A DNA stretch of 64,000 bases. It comes from Candidatus Hydrogenedentota bacterium. GTDB taxonomy: Bacteria; Hydrogenedentota; Hydrogenedentia; Hydrogenedentales; SLHB01. The notes under the pieces are model-generated. The model saw only the letters and a list, made by a program, of their open reading frames with translations, was not told where the DNA came from and ran no database searches. Every line of letters begins with the position of its first letter. Within the stretch, counting starts at the first letter, position 1. A program made the translations under genes and the position numbers. The stretch lies in assembly GCA_963745075.1 (NCBI GenBank), contig CAVUWV010000036.1:320001-384000 (forward strand), in the 5' to 3' direction. Positions 54,799-64,000 of this stretch are shown here, one piece after another.

Positions 54799-56802
54799 AT
54801 GAAAATAATGCTGCCTAAAACAAATAAACTGATAGTATTGCTGCTGGCAATCATCATGCCGGTTGCTGTCCGGGCGATGGTACAGCCAAAAAACTATGAA
54901 GTTAAATCGCCTGACGGCAAAGTAATCCTGAAAGTTGAGACCGGCAATAAGCTACTCTGGTCAGTTGAATACATGGGGCAACCTGCTATTGCCCCTTCAG
55001 GTATATCGCTAACGCTGGGAGACGGAGAAGTGCTGGGGGATGATACCCATGTAAAATCCGCCAAAACAGAAGAGATCAATTCACAGTTCAATGCCATTAA
55101 CTTCAGGCGGACTGTTGTGAAGGATCACTGTAACCAGCTTACCATGCAATGCAAAAACGATTTTGGAGTGATATTCAGGGTGTATGATGATGCTGTGGCC
55201 TACCGCTTCTTCACCAAAAAGAAAGGTAATATTATTGTAAAACAGGAAGAGGCCAATTTCAATTTCACTACTGATCATCGGGCTTTCATTCCTTATCTGC
55301 GTGATTATCGCGGAGGCCAGCTCTTCAATGCTTCATTTGAATCGCCCTACAGGGTTCAGAAACTGTCGGAGTTTGAGCGGGATTCATTGTCGATTCTCCC
55401 CATGCTGGTCGACCTGGGAGACAATATAAAAGTAGAGATTCTGGAAGCCGACCTGGAAGATTATCCGGGTATGTACCTGGTGCTGAATGAAACCGGCAAA
55501 GGACTGAAGGGCCTTTTCGCCCCCTATCCGCTGGAGACGAAAGCAGGCGGTTTTAATATGATGAACCTGATCCCGGTAAAGAGAGCGGATTACATTGCCA
55601 ACACTACAGGCGCCCGCAACTTCCCCTGGCGGGCCGTATTGCTCAGCAACGCCGACAAAGAATTACTGAACAACGACATCGTGCAGAAACTGGCCTCCCC
55701 GCCCCGTATTGAGGATGTTTCCTGGATCGTACCCGGACAGGTTGCCTGGGACTGGTGGGATGGTTATGATATTTTCCACGTTAATTTTAAAGCCGGCAAG
55801 AATACTCCTACATACAAATATTATATTGATTTTGCAAGCGCGAATCATGCGAAGTACATTATCCTGGATGAAGGATGGTCAGATATTTTTGACCTGAACA
55901 AACTAAATCCTGATATAGACCTGAATGAGATCCTCAGGTATGCCAAAGAGAAAAATGTCGGGGTTATCCTCTGGGCCTCATGGGTTGCCATCACCAATCA
56001 GATGGAAGATGTTTTTCCAAAATACGCTGCCATGGGTGTCAAAGGCTGGAAGATCGATTTTGTGGACCGCGACGACCAGCTGGCTGTTGCCTCTACTTAT
56101 GCCATCGCCAAACTGGCAGCCCAAAACCATTTGATGGTAGATTTCCACGGGATATACAAACCAACAGGATTGCAACGAACTTATCCTAATGTGGTTGGTT
56201 ACGAAGGTGTCTATGGCATGGAGAATTTCAAGTGGGCCGACATGAATATGCCTGAATATGTGGTCACTATTCCTTTTATCCGCAACGTAGCCGGACCAAT
56301 GGATTACACCTCTGGTTCAATGCGCAATGTGACACAGGCTGATTTTGTGGCAAGGAACCACGCCCCGCTGACTAAAGGCACCCGCTGCAACCAGCTGGCC
56401 CAGTATGTGGTTTTTGAAGTCCCTATACAAATGTTGTCTGACAGTCCGACAGCCTATATGAAAGAACAGGAATGCACCGATTTTATAACAAGCATCCCTA
56501 CCACTTTTGATGAAACAGTTCCGCTGGATGGCATCGTTGGAGACTATGTGGCTGTTGCCAGAAAGAAAGTAGACACCTGGTATATCGGTGCCATGACCGA
56601 CTGGAGTCCACGGGACCTGACTATCGACCTTTCATTCCTCGGTGATGGCAATTACCAGGCTGTACTCTTTAAAGACGGGATCAATACAGACACCGAAGCA
56701 AAGGATTATAAGAAAGAGGTAATACCTGTTAAAAAAGGGGATAAGCTGAATATCCATATGGCACCCGGAGGCGGATGGGCGGCGAGGATTGAGAAACAGT
56801 AG
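54799..56802 (+). CDS. GH97 glycoside hydrolase, probably the retaining alpha-galactosidase type
   Basis: YKYYIDFAS, LDEGWS, GWKIDFVDRDDQ (Asp-containing retaining-type motif), RTYPN, GPMDYT. Confidence 0.9.
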   Translation: MKIMLPKTNKLIVLLLAIIMPVAVRAMVQPKNYEVKSPDGKVILKVETGNKLLWSVEYMGQPAIAPSGISLTLGDGEVLGDDTHVKSAKTEEINSQFNAINFRRTVVKDHCNQLTMQCKNDFGVIFRVYDDAVAYRFFTKKKGNIIVKQEEANFNFTTDHRAFIPYLRDYRGGQLFNASFESPYRVQKLSEFERDSLSILPMLVDLGDNIKVEILEADLEDYPGMYLVLNETGKGLKGLFAPYPLETKAGGFNMMNLIPVKRADYIANTTGARNFPWRAVLLSNADKELLNNDIVQKLASPPRIEDVSWIVPGQVAWDWWDGYDIFHVNFKAGKNTPTYKYYIDFASANHAKYIILDEGWSDIFDLNKLNPDIDLNEILRYAKEKNVGVILWASWVAITNQMEDVFPKYAAMGVKGWKIDFVDRDDQLAVASTYAIAKLAAQNHLMVDFHGIYKPTGLQRTYPNVVGYEGVYGMENFKWADMNMPEYVVTIPFIRNVAGPMDYTSGSMRNVTQADFVARNHAPLTKGTRCNQLAQYVVFEVPIQMLSDSPTAYMKEQECTDFITSIPTTFDETVPLDGIVGDYVAVARKKVDTWYIGAMTDWSPRDLTIDLSFLGDGNYQAVLFKDGINTDTEAKDYKKEVIPVKKGDKLNIHMAPGGGWAARIEKQ

Positions 56803-56976
56803 ATTATTCAATTGTTTACTCAGTAGTAAATGAATTGTTTATTTAGTTGTTTGAGGGATTGAAGTGGTTTGAAGTGGTTTGAAAAAGATGCTGTAGGTTT
56901 ATAGTTGATCAGCTTTCACAAAGGATGTAATTTGTATAACCTCTATAACTTATATAGCCTGTATAATCTCTACAAT
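56803..56976 (+). repeat. Degenerate 12-mer, 10-mer and 9-mer tracts before the DUF2281/PIN pair
   Basis: CAATTGTTTACT-CAGTAGTAAAT.. tract; TTGAAGTGGT twice; CTCTATAAC-like units. Confidence 0.55.
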
Positions 56977-57012
56977 ATTGTATCGCTTTTCTATTTTTAG
57001 TAAATTTGAAAT

Positions 57013-57222
57013 ATGAGAACCATAAAAAACATCGAAACTAAAATTAAACAATTGACTCCTGATTTAATTGAGGAATTAGATAATTATTTGGATTACTTAA
57101 TTCATAAAAGAGCTGACAAGAAATCAAAAAAATTGTCTCAGGACTGGGCTGGGGGATTAAAGGGAGAAAATTACACATCAGTTGATTTACAAAAAAAAGC
57201 GCTCGATTGGAGACAAAAGTAA
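57013..57222 (+). CDS. DUF2281-like antitoxin
   Basis: IKQLTPDLIEELDNYLDYL and LSQDWAGGL..YTSVDLQKKALDWR; TAAATTTG box at 57001-57008. Confidence 0.85.
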   Translation: MRTIKNIETKIKQLTPDLIEELDNYLDYLIHKRADKKSKKLSQDWAGGLKGENYTSVDLQKKALDWRQK

Positions 57223-57626
57223 AATACTTGATTGACACAAATATTTGGCTTGAGAGATTATTAGATCAGGACAAATCAGATATTGTTTCTCAATTTCTTG
57301 ATACTGTTCCATTAAACCAAATATTTTTAAGCGATTTTACCCTACATTCTATTGGAGTAATTCTGGCAAAATTCAATAAACTTGACATACTACATAAATT
57401 TATAAATGATTTATTTTTCAATGGATTAATTGAGCAAATATTTCTTGATCCACATGATTTTGCTGATATTATTTCAAACATTGATAAATATAAGCTTGAC
57501 TTTGATGATGCTTATCAATTAACTTTATCACAAAAATATGACTTGACAATCATAACATTTGACAAAGAATTTAATGCAAAAGGAATAAATAAAAAAACAC
57601 CTGAGGATATACTGAAAAAGTTATAA
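57207..57626 (+). CDS. VapC/PIN-domain toxin
   Basis: YLIDTNIWLE, LDFDDAYQ and ITFDKEF PIN motifs; start uncertain (TTG 57207). Confidence 0.88.
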   Translation: METKVKYLIDTNIWLERLLDQDKSDIVSQFLDTVPLNQIFLSDFTLHSIGVILAKFNKLDILHKFINDLFFNGLIEQIFLDPHDFADIISNIDKYKLDFDDAYQLTLSQKYDLTIITFDKEFNAKGINKKTPEDILKKL

Positions 57627-57791
57627 TTACCCCATCCTGCCTTATCTTTCTGGACTTATGAGTCTTTTCCTTTTAATAATTGAATGCTGCCTGTCGCGAG
57701 TCTCCATACTCGTAACTTCCGTTCTTATGAAAATTGAATTAACAAACCTTTAATAATCTGACAGAAAAAGAATACTTATTTTTCAACTGAT

Positions 57792-59177
57792 ATGTTTAAA
57801 CGAAAATATTTTCTCATTCTCATAACAAGTCTCCTGGGGATATCACTGCTTACAGCATGCACAGGAGGTAAACACAAAGACACTATTCAGGAGCAGAACG
57901 ATTCTCTGGCAACAGTCTTTAATAAGTCGCTGAAAGATAATATTCTGGCTGTTTGGTACCCCCTAATGGTAGACACAATTGACGGAGGCTATTACAGCAA
58001 TGCCACATACGACTGGCAGCTTACAGAAAATCAGCTAAAAATGCTGGTTACCCAGGCCCGATTAATGTGGACAGCTTCGGAGGCAGCTATGTTCCTGCAT
58101 GATTCTTCTTATATCCCCTATGCGCTGCATGGGTTTAAGTTTCTTACTAAAAAGATGTGGGACAGCAAGTATGGAGGATTTTACAATATTGTTACAAAAG
58201 ACGGCAGCAATACCACTGCATCTTACAGCACCAACAAAATGGCCTACGGCAATGCCTTTGCTATTTATGGCTTTACTTCTCTGTATAAACTAACAGGAGA
58301 TTCCCTGGCATTGCAATGGGCTAAAAGAACCTTCTTTTGGCTTGACAAACACAGTCATGACAGCGTGTATGGGGGCTACATTGACCCGATGAACCGGCTG
58401 GGTGAATGGATGTCAGGAACAGATGTTAAGCTGATGAAACCAGACGAAGAACACCCTGTCTGGAAAGACTACAACTCTTCTATTCACCTGTTGGAAGCTT
58501 TCACAGCCCTCTACAAGGTATGGCCCGATTCACTGGTAAGAACAAGACTGGAGGAGATGCTTACCCTGGTCAGGGATACATTTGTCAATCCCAAAGGGTA
58601 CCTCAACCTGTATTTCACAACCGACTGGCAACTGGTCAGTCACCAAAACATGAGCGAAAAAGAAATCCGGAAGCAAAGCTATACCGATCATATTTCCTTC
58701 GGGCATGATGTGGAAACTGCTTTTCTGATGCTGGAAGCATCTCACGCCCTGGGCCGGGACAAAGACACCACTACCCTGCGCATCGCAAAAAAGATGGATG
58801 ACCATGCACTGACCAATGGTTTTGACAAGCAATACGGCGGGTTTTATAATGAAGGATATTATTTCAGTGGAAGCGACACTATTTCCATCCTGAGTAAAAA
58901 TTCGCAATGGTGGATACAGGCAGAAGGAATGCACAGTATGTTGATGATGGCTCAGCTCTTCCCTGAAGAGCCAACCTACCGGCAGGCCTTTCTCAAAACC
59001 TGGACTTATATTGACAGGTATATTATTGATCACCGGTATGGTGGCTGGTTTATCGACGGGCTGAATTACGATCCGGAGGTTGTAAAAGCTAACAAGGCAT
59101 CCATCTGGAAAGGGAATTACCACAATGCCAGGGCGCTGATGAAATGTATTGAGATGTTGCAGAATGATGGCGTTTGA
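57792..59177 (+). CDS. AGE-family cellobiose/mannobiose 2-epimerase-like protein with a lipoprotein signal
   Basis: QARLMW, YGNAFAIYG, NSSIHLLEA, SFGHDVE, WWIQAE and WKGNYHNAR motifs; lipobox LTAC. Confidence 0.9.
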   Translation: MFKRKYFLILITSLLGISLLTACTGGKHKDTIQEQNDSLATVFNKSLKDNILAVWYPLMVDTIDGGYYSNATYDWQLTENQLKMLVTQARLMWTASEAAMFLHDSSYIPYALHGFKFLTKKMWDSKYGGFYNIVTKDGSNTTASYSTNKMAYGNAFAIYGFTSLYKLTGDSLALQWAKRTFFWLDKHSHDSVYGGYIDPMNRLGEWMSGTDVKLMKPDEEHPVWKDYNSSIHLLEAFTALYKVWPDSLVRTRLEEMLTLVRDTFVNPKGYLNLYFTTDWQLVSHQNMSEKEIRKQSYTDHISFGHDVETAFLMLEASHALGRDKDTTTLRIAKKMDDHALTNGFDKQYGGFYNEGYYFSGSDTISILSKNSQWWIQAEGMHSMLMMAQLFPEEPTYRQAFLKTWTYIDRYIIDHRYGGWFIDGLNYDPEVVKANKASIWKGNYHNARALMKCIEMLQNDGV

Positions 59178-59392
59178 TGGTTCGGTAGTAATCCGATTGC
59201 TATCGGATCAGTTGATTATTCGGTTGTTTATTCGATAGTAATTCAATTGTCCATTCAGTAGTACTCTGTCGTTGATTCGATGGTTGGAAGGTAGTTCGAA
59301 ATAGTTCCAAATTGTTCCAGGAGGTTCAAAATGGGCGCTTCGGGATGAATATGGCGGGCGGGCTCCCTTTCAGGGGATTAAGGGGCAGCGCG
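59178..59392 (+). repeat. Repeat island: 12-mer tract with an inserted palindrome, 10-mer tract and a CCCTTTCAGGGG REP arm
   Basis: ATCCGATTGCTATCGGAT at 59191-59208; GCTCCCTTTCAGGGGATTAAGGGGCAGC at 59362-59389. Confidence 0.7.
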
Positions 59393-59629
59393 GGGAAAAT
59401 TCGGTTGTTTACTCCCCTTCCTGCCGCAAGGCTCAAGCCTTGTGGCCTTTATCTCGAGCGTATTTGTAATGCGTTCATCCCATTGTTAAAGGTTTAGATC
59501 TGGAGGAGTTTAAACATGAGCTGAAAGCTCTAAAATAGTTTAAGATTTGAAAGGGTTTGAAATGCCATAACATTAACAGAAAATAAGTAAATTCAGAACT
59601 AACTAATACAATTACAAAAACCAAACACT

Positions 59630-61625
59630 ATGAAAAGTATCAACAGTATTTTTAAATTACATAATTCCAGACTATCTGGACTTTCCCTGGCGATTATATT
59701 CATATTGCCCTGGCTCTGTTCAGTCCCGGCAACAGCCCAAACCCAGGTGATGGCATGGGGCAATATTACCGGAATCCGAATTGAAGGCCAGCTGATGGAT
59801 TTTGAAACAAGTCTGCAGGTAGTGGGCCGTAACTGGCAGTCGGTGAATGCGACCGGCAAGGAAAGACAGCGCCCCACCTACCATCGTACCGGAGACGAGC
59901 AGACCGTCACCACTAAACTGGGTGGCATAGCGTTTAAGGAAGTGGTGACTGAGAACAATCGGGGCAGTGCTGTGGTAAACATCACTTCAGAAGCGCTGAA
60001 GGACACTACTCTTGAAGGGGTTTATTTCTGCGTTGATCTGCCTGCATCCTACTATACCAATGCAAGGCTTAAGGTGAACGGAGCGGCCAAGGAGAAACCA
60101 GTATCGCACTTAACTGGTACAAAAGATACCAAGATACGCTCAATGGGTGTCCGGCAAATTGAGATCACTGGAAACAACAGCAACTTACCCTGAAGTTTCC
60201 CGGAATCAGTTTAAGGATTTTTCCGCAAGGCAGATGACCATCCCCGGTTTTATGTGCAATTGATGGGGTCAAAAATCAGAAAAGGAGCAACCAGCAAAGC
60301 AACAGATCACACTACTTTCCTCAGGAGAAATTGACCATTCAACCGCAAGCATTTCTATTGATGCCAACAAGCCCGGCAGACTGTTTGCCGGTTTTGGCGG
60401 CAATTTCCGGTTGCAAAACCCCAAAGCTGATCCGCAGGTGATACAGTATTGTCTCAATAACATGCGCGTAGCATGGGGACGGGTAGAAATGCCCTGGGGC
60501 ATGTGGCAGCCGGAAGAGAATATGAATCCGATCGATTCAGCAAAAGCCAGCAAACTCAACAAACATGTGTACAAATCAATGGAGATGGCACAGGAACTAA
60601 CCAGAAGAGGCATTCCGGTAATTCTGAGTGACTGGCAGGCACCAGACTGGGCCATCGTGGGCGAACAACAGGATGCTTACCGGTACCGTCACCTGGGGAT
60701 CTTCGGGTATCCGCTGAAGAAGGATAAGATGCAGCAGATCTATCAATCTCTGGCTGATTACCTGGTTTACCTGAAAGATGAATATGGTGTGGAACCGGCG
60801 CTTTTTTCCTTTAACGAATCCGATCTGGGCATCAATGTCAGGATGACCGGTGAGGAACATGCCACTTTTGTAAAAGAATTTGGTTCCTATCTTGCTACAC
60901 GCGGATTGACCACCAAACTGTTGCTCGGAGACAATTCCGATGCTACCACGTTTGATTTTATAAAGCCTGCGATGAAAGATCCGCAAACCTATCCTTATAT
61001 CGGAGCCGTCTCCTTCCATTCATGGAGAGGATGTGACGATGCCACGCTGAAGAAATGGGCCGGAGCGGCCCGTGAGATGAACCTGCCGCTGATCGTTGCA
61101 GAAGGCAGCACTGATGCAGCAGCTTACCGTTATCCGGATATATTTTTCGAGCAAACCTTTGCCCTTTATGAGATCAATCTATACATGCGTATTTGCAGCA
61201 TCAGTCAACCTCTGTCTATCCTGCAATGGCAACTTACATCCGATTATTCCCCACTCAAAGGCATGGGCATCTTCGGCACTGAAGGACCATTGGAACCCAC
61301 CCGCCGGTTCTGGAACCTGAAACAGCTGGCTTCCACACCGGCTGCAGCCTATTCATTGCCTGTCACCTGTAACAAAGAAGAGGTAAACTGTGCCGCTTTC
61401 GGGAACATTGCCCGGGGTGAATATGCCATCCATATGGTTAATAACGGCGCTGCACGCAAAGCAGTTATCACAGGCATTCCCGAAGGAATAAATAGCTTTA
61501 GAGTCTATGTCACCGACAAAGAGAAAGGCATGGAAAAGACCGGTGAAGTATCCGTTGTGAACGGAAAAGTGGAGGTGGAATTATTGCCAACGGCTTTTGT
61601 GTCGTTGATTAATGGGGACAAGTAA
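59630..61625 (+). pseudogene. Secreted clan-A (GH30/GH5-like) glycoside hydrolase; several frameshifts at 60170-60300 as sequenced
   Basis: Signal peptide in 59630..60193. Downstream: FAGFGGNFR, FSFNESD (candidate acid/base), SFHSW, IVAEG (candidate nucleophile) and a C-terminal beta-sandwich. Plausible coding text switches frame about three times between the two ORFs. Confidence 0.65.
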
Positions 61626-61890
61626 CAACTCTTGCTTTGGGAATGAGTGAGGGTCTGGTGTAGGCAAGGATCACGAGAAATATTAGTAACAAGGTGACAA
61701 TCCTTGCCTTTGGCAGGAGCGAGGGCCTGGTGAAGGCAAGGATCACGAACGGGTTGTGGCCTGGCCATGCGGGAGTGAGTAACTTAAGTAACAGGGTGAC
61801 AGAAGAGCTTTGTGTTAAAAGTATAAAGTAGATAAGTAACCCTGAAACTATTTGAAACAACTTAATAAACAACCGAATCCTTGCCTTTGG
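61622..61890 (-). repeat. Composite modular repeat, reverse orientation (83-nt core at 61699-61781)
   Basis: About 200 nt colinear with 47887-48085; second hairpin at ~61628-61676; truncated third half-hairpin at 61876-61890. Confidence 0.9.
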
Positions 61891-61897
61891 AATGTTT

Positions 61898-61982
61898 CAC
61901 GCAAAGGCCGCTAAAGATTTCGCAAAGGCCGCAAAGCGCTAATTCTTAGCGTGCTTCGTGGTTCTTTGCTGACTTTGCGTGG
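61898..61982. repeat. Inverted CGCAAAG-repeat element
   Basis: CACGCAAAGGCCGCTAAAG..CGCAAAGGCCGCAAAG faces CTTAGCG..CTTTGC..CTTTGCGTGG. Confidence 0.65.
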
Positions 61983-62027
61983 AAATATTAAAGATTTTCG
62001 GACAACATTGTAGCTTTGATTTTTTGT

Positions 62028-63923
62028 TCACTTGCAATTTTCACAATAGGTATCCCGGAGGAATTTATTGTCAAGTAATTGAAAGGTAATTCCTCCCTTA
62101 CTCGAGGAATTAAAAAGCTCACAGTACCTTGAAGGGTTAATATTTATGGCATTAAGCAAAATAGCACGATAATCCGGCCGGTTGATAAGCTTGTTGTCGA
62201 TAAGCGTAAGATTGAGATAGTAAAACAACAGATCTTCATCCACATCAACCTGATTCACTTTATTTTTAAGAAGCTTGACAGCCAGGTCGTATCGAGCATA
62301 AGAGGTAAAATACTGTGCCAGGCTCAGCAGGTCCTGATCGGTATTTGTGATGTATCTGTAATTTGAATTGATGTAGCGCAGGGAATGGTCAATCCTTGCA
62401 TAATCATGTTCCTGCATATAATATTCGCACTGAACGATCTCGTAGTTGATAAGCATACGCCTGATCAAGGATTGCTCAATTCCGTATTTTCCAAGACTAA
62501 TTATTTCTTTTTTAAAGTCAGCAGGAGTAATCCCGCTGGCTCCAAGTAACCAAACCTTGAACTTCAGTGCACATATGTTGTATCGTATGTGACCGTCTTG
62601 TGGCATCAGATCTCTCAGGTCGTTCAATTGCTTCAGGGTGTTGTATACATCGGTCTCATTCATCATGTATTTAAACACATAATTCTTGTTCAGTAAGATA
62701 CTGAACTCACTTTTTTGAGGTATCTCAAGTTTATCCAGGTAACCAACCGGTGTCTCATGGCTCCTGACCTTCTCAAAGATTGAATTCTGCAATTCAATGG
62801 CTTGTTCAAGATTTTTCTCGGAAACTGATTTCTCAAAAAGGGAGACAAGTTCATCAGCTGACAAGCCTTTATATTTGTTTTTTTTGCTTAATTCCAGCAC
62901 CACCACAGCCTTTCTGTGCTTTTCCAAAACAGGTTCAAGTTCCTTTGCCAGTTTTTTGTCGTTCAATTTCTCTTTGATCTCCGCTTTTGTCAGCTTAGTC
63001 AGATAATTATAGGACGTACCGGTAATATCATTCAGGAAATCAACCCAGTTTTCAGCAGCTTCGATCTTTGTCTCTATTGTTGGTTGTTGATAGGCCTGCA
63101 AAGCACTGACAATATTTTGCGCCCGTTCCTGCTGTAATTCAATATTTCTGTCCACGTTACCCTCCACCGAAGAATATGCCCGAATGGTGATCTTTCGAAT
63201 ATCAAAATCTGTAAGCTTCAAAGAGTCATACAATGGTTTGATATCCTGCTCCGAGAATTCCGCCTTATTCTTCTTAAAAGGAATCACAAATCTCATGGTT
63301 TTGTGTTGAAGCAGATATTTCTCCTGATCGCTCATGCTCTTATCAAGCTGTGACTTGTAGGTGAGTGTGTCGAAATAAATACCCATGTCCAGCAAGTCCC
63401 AGCGGTATGATTTAATATTATAGAAGTAATTATAAAAACACACATATTTATTTTTCAGGAAAACAATATTGTATTCTACTTCCTTATCGCGGTATATTCT
63501 TGGCAGAACTCCTACTTTCACTGCCAATTCTCCATTTTCAGACGGAAGAGAATTCTGTTTAATCTCTTTCATATTTAAAGGCGGGAGAAGATGACCCTTG
63601 AATCCGGAGCGTTTTTTTATTAGTTTCTTAGAACAGTCGTATCTGTCGCGGCTTACCACATCCACTGCCAATCCGTTTATACCGGCTTTTGTAAGTGCTT
63701 CAAACCATTCCTTATTATTAACTACAAAAAAAAGGTTATCATCATTATCACGCAGTACCCCAAACTGTACTTCCCGTGGTTTGGTACTTAACATTTTTGT
63801 ACAGGCTACGCACTTCTGTTGCGATTTGCTGGTTGGAGGTAATAAACCATAATTTGATTGTCCGTATGAATCCGCAAAAAATATAACGATTACGGATAAA
63901 AAGAAAAACATCTTTTTAAGCAT
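62028..63923 (-). CDS. Exported hypothetical protein with a central OmpA-C-like domain
   Basis: Signal peptide; IPFKKNK..ITIRAYSSVEG...NIELQQERAQNI resembles the OmpA C-terminal domain; helical C-terminal half. Confidence 0.7.
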   Translation of the reverse strand: MLKKMFFFLSVIVIFFADSYGQSNYGLLPPTSKSQQKCVACTKMLSTKPREVQFGVLRDNDDNLFFVVNNKEWFEALTKAGINGLAVDVVSRDRYDCSKKLIKKRSGFKGHLLPPLNMKEIKQNSLPSENGELAVKVGVLPRIYRDKEVEYNIVFLKNKYVCFYNYFYNIKSYRWDLLDMGIYFDTLTYKSQLDKSMSDQEKYLLQHKTMRFVIPFKKNKAEFSEQDIKPLYDSLKLTDFDIRKITIRAYSSVEGNVDRNIELQQERAQNIVSALQAYQQPTIETKIEAAENWVDFLNDITGTSYNYLTKLTKAEIKEKLNDKKLAKELEPVLEKHRKAVVVLELSKKNKYKGLSADELVSLFEKSVSEKNLEQAIELQNSIFEKVRSHETPVGYLDKLEIPQKSEFSILLNKNYVFKYMMNETDVYNTLKQLNDLRDLMPQDGHIRYNICALKFKVWLLGASGITPADFKKEIISLGKYGIEQSLIRRMLINYEIVQCEYYMQEHDYARIDHSLRYINSNYRYITNTDQDLLSLAQYFTSYARYDLAVKLLKNKVNQVDVDEDLLFYYLNLTLIDNKLINRPDYRAILLNAININPSRYCELFNSSSKGGITFQLLDNKFLRDTYCENCK

Positions 63924-64000
63924 GATCAGGTATATTAGTTAGTTTCGTTTTAATCTTTCAGAAGATGATATATTGACATCCTTGTACTAAATAATTCCAG

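Overview
Chromosomal window from a Bacteroidota bacterium, inferred from SusC/SusD pairs, ECF sigma/FecR pairs and TAnnTTTG promoter boxes; it looks Bacteroidales/Marinilabiliales-like. Layout from left to right: (1) two tandem minus-strand ECF-sigma/FecR/SusC/SusD polysaccharide-utilisation modules with a GH106-like rhamnosidase and a CE8 pectin methylesterase; (2) a KamA-family radical SAM gene paired with an orphan CysJ-like diflavin reductase; (3) GH43, an SNF transporter and housekeeping/redox genes; (4) four small AT-rich toxin-antitoxin pairs; (5) a TolC-MFP-ABC efflux operon with a LytS/LytTR two-component system; (6) a mannan/glucan CAZyme cluster (GH9, GH26, GH97, cellobiose 2-epimerase, a clan-A GH). 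I saw no rRNA, tRNA, CRISPR array, integrase or transposase. The least explained signal is non-coding. Many intergenic gaps from 24 kb onward hold a modular composite repeat: short tandem tracts, a ~36-nt two-block unit, and a TCGTGA-tagged hairpin whose stem changes with compensation. An 83-nt core occurs three times almost identically. Other palindromic families are nested into one another, and the TA pairs sit beside these repeat islands. Both susC leaders carry a matching antisense promoter and terminator (DonS-like). Six genes carry single-base frameshifts, mostly in homopolymers, so the sequence probably contains long-read consensus errors.
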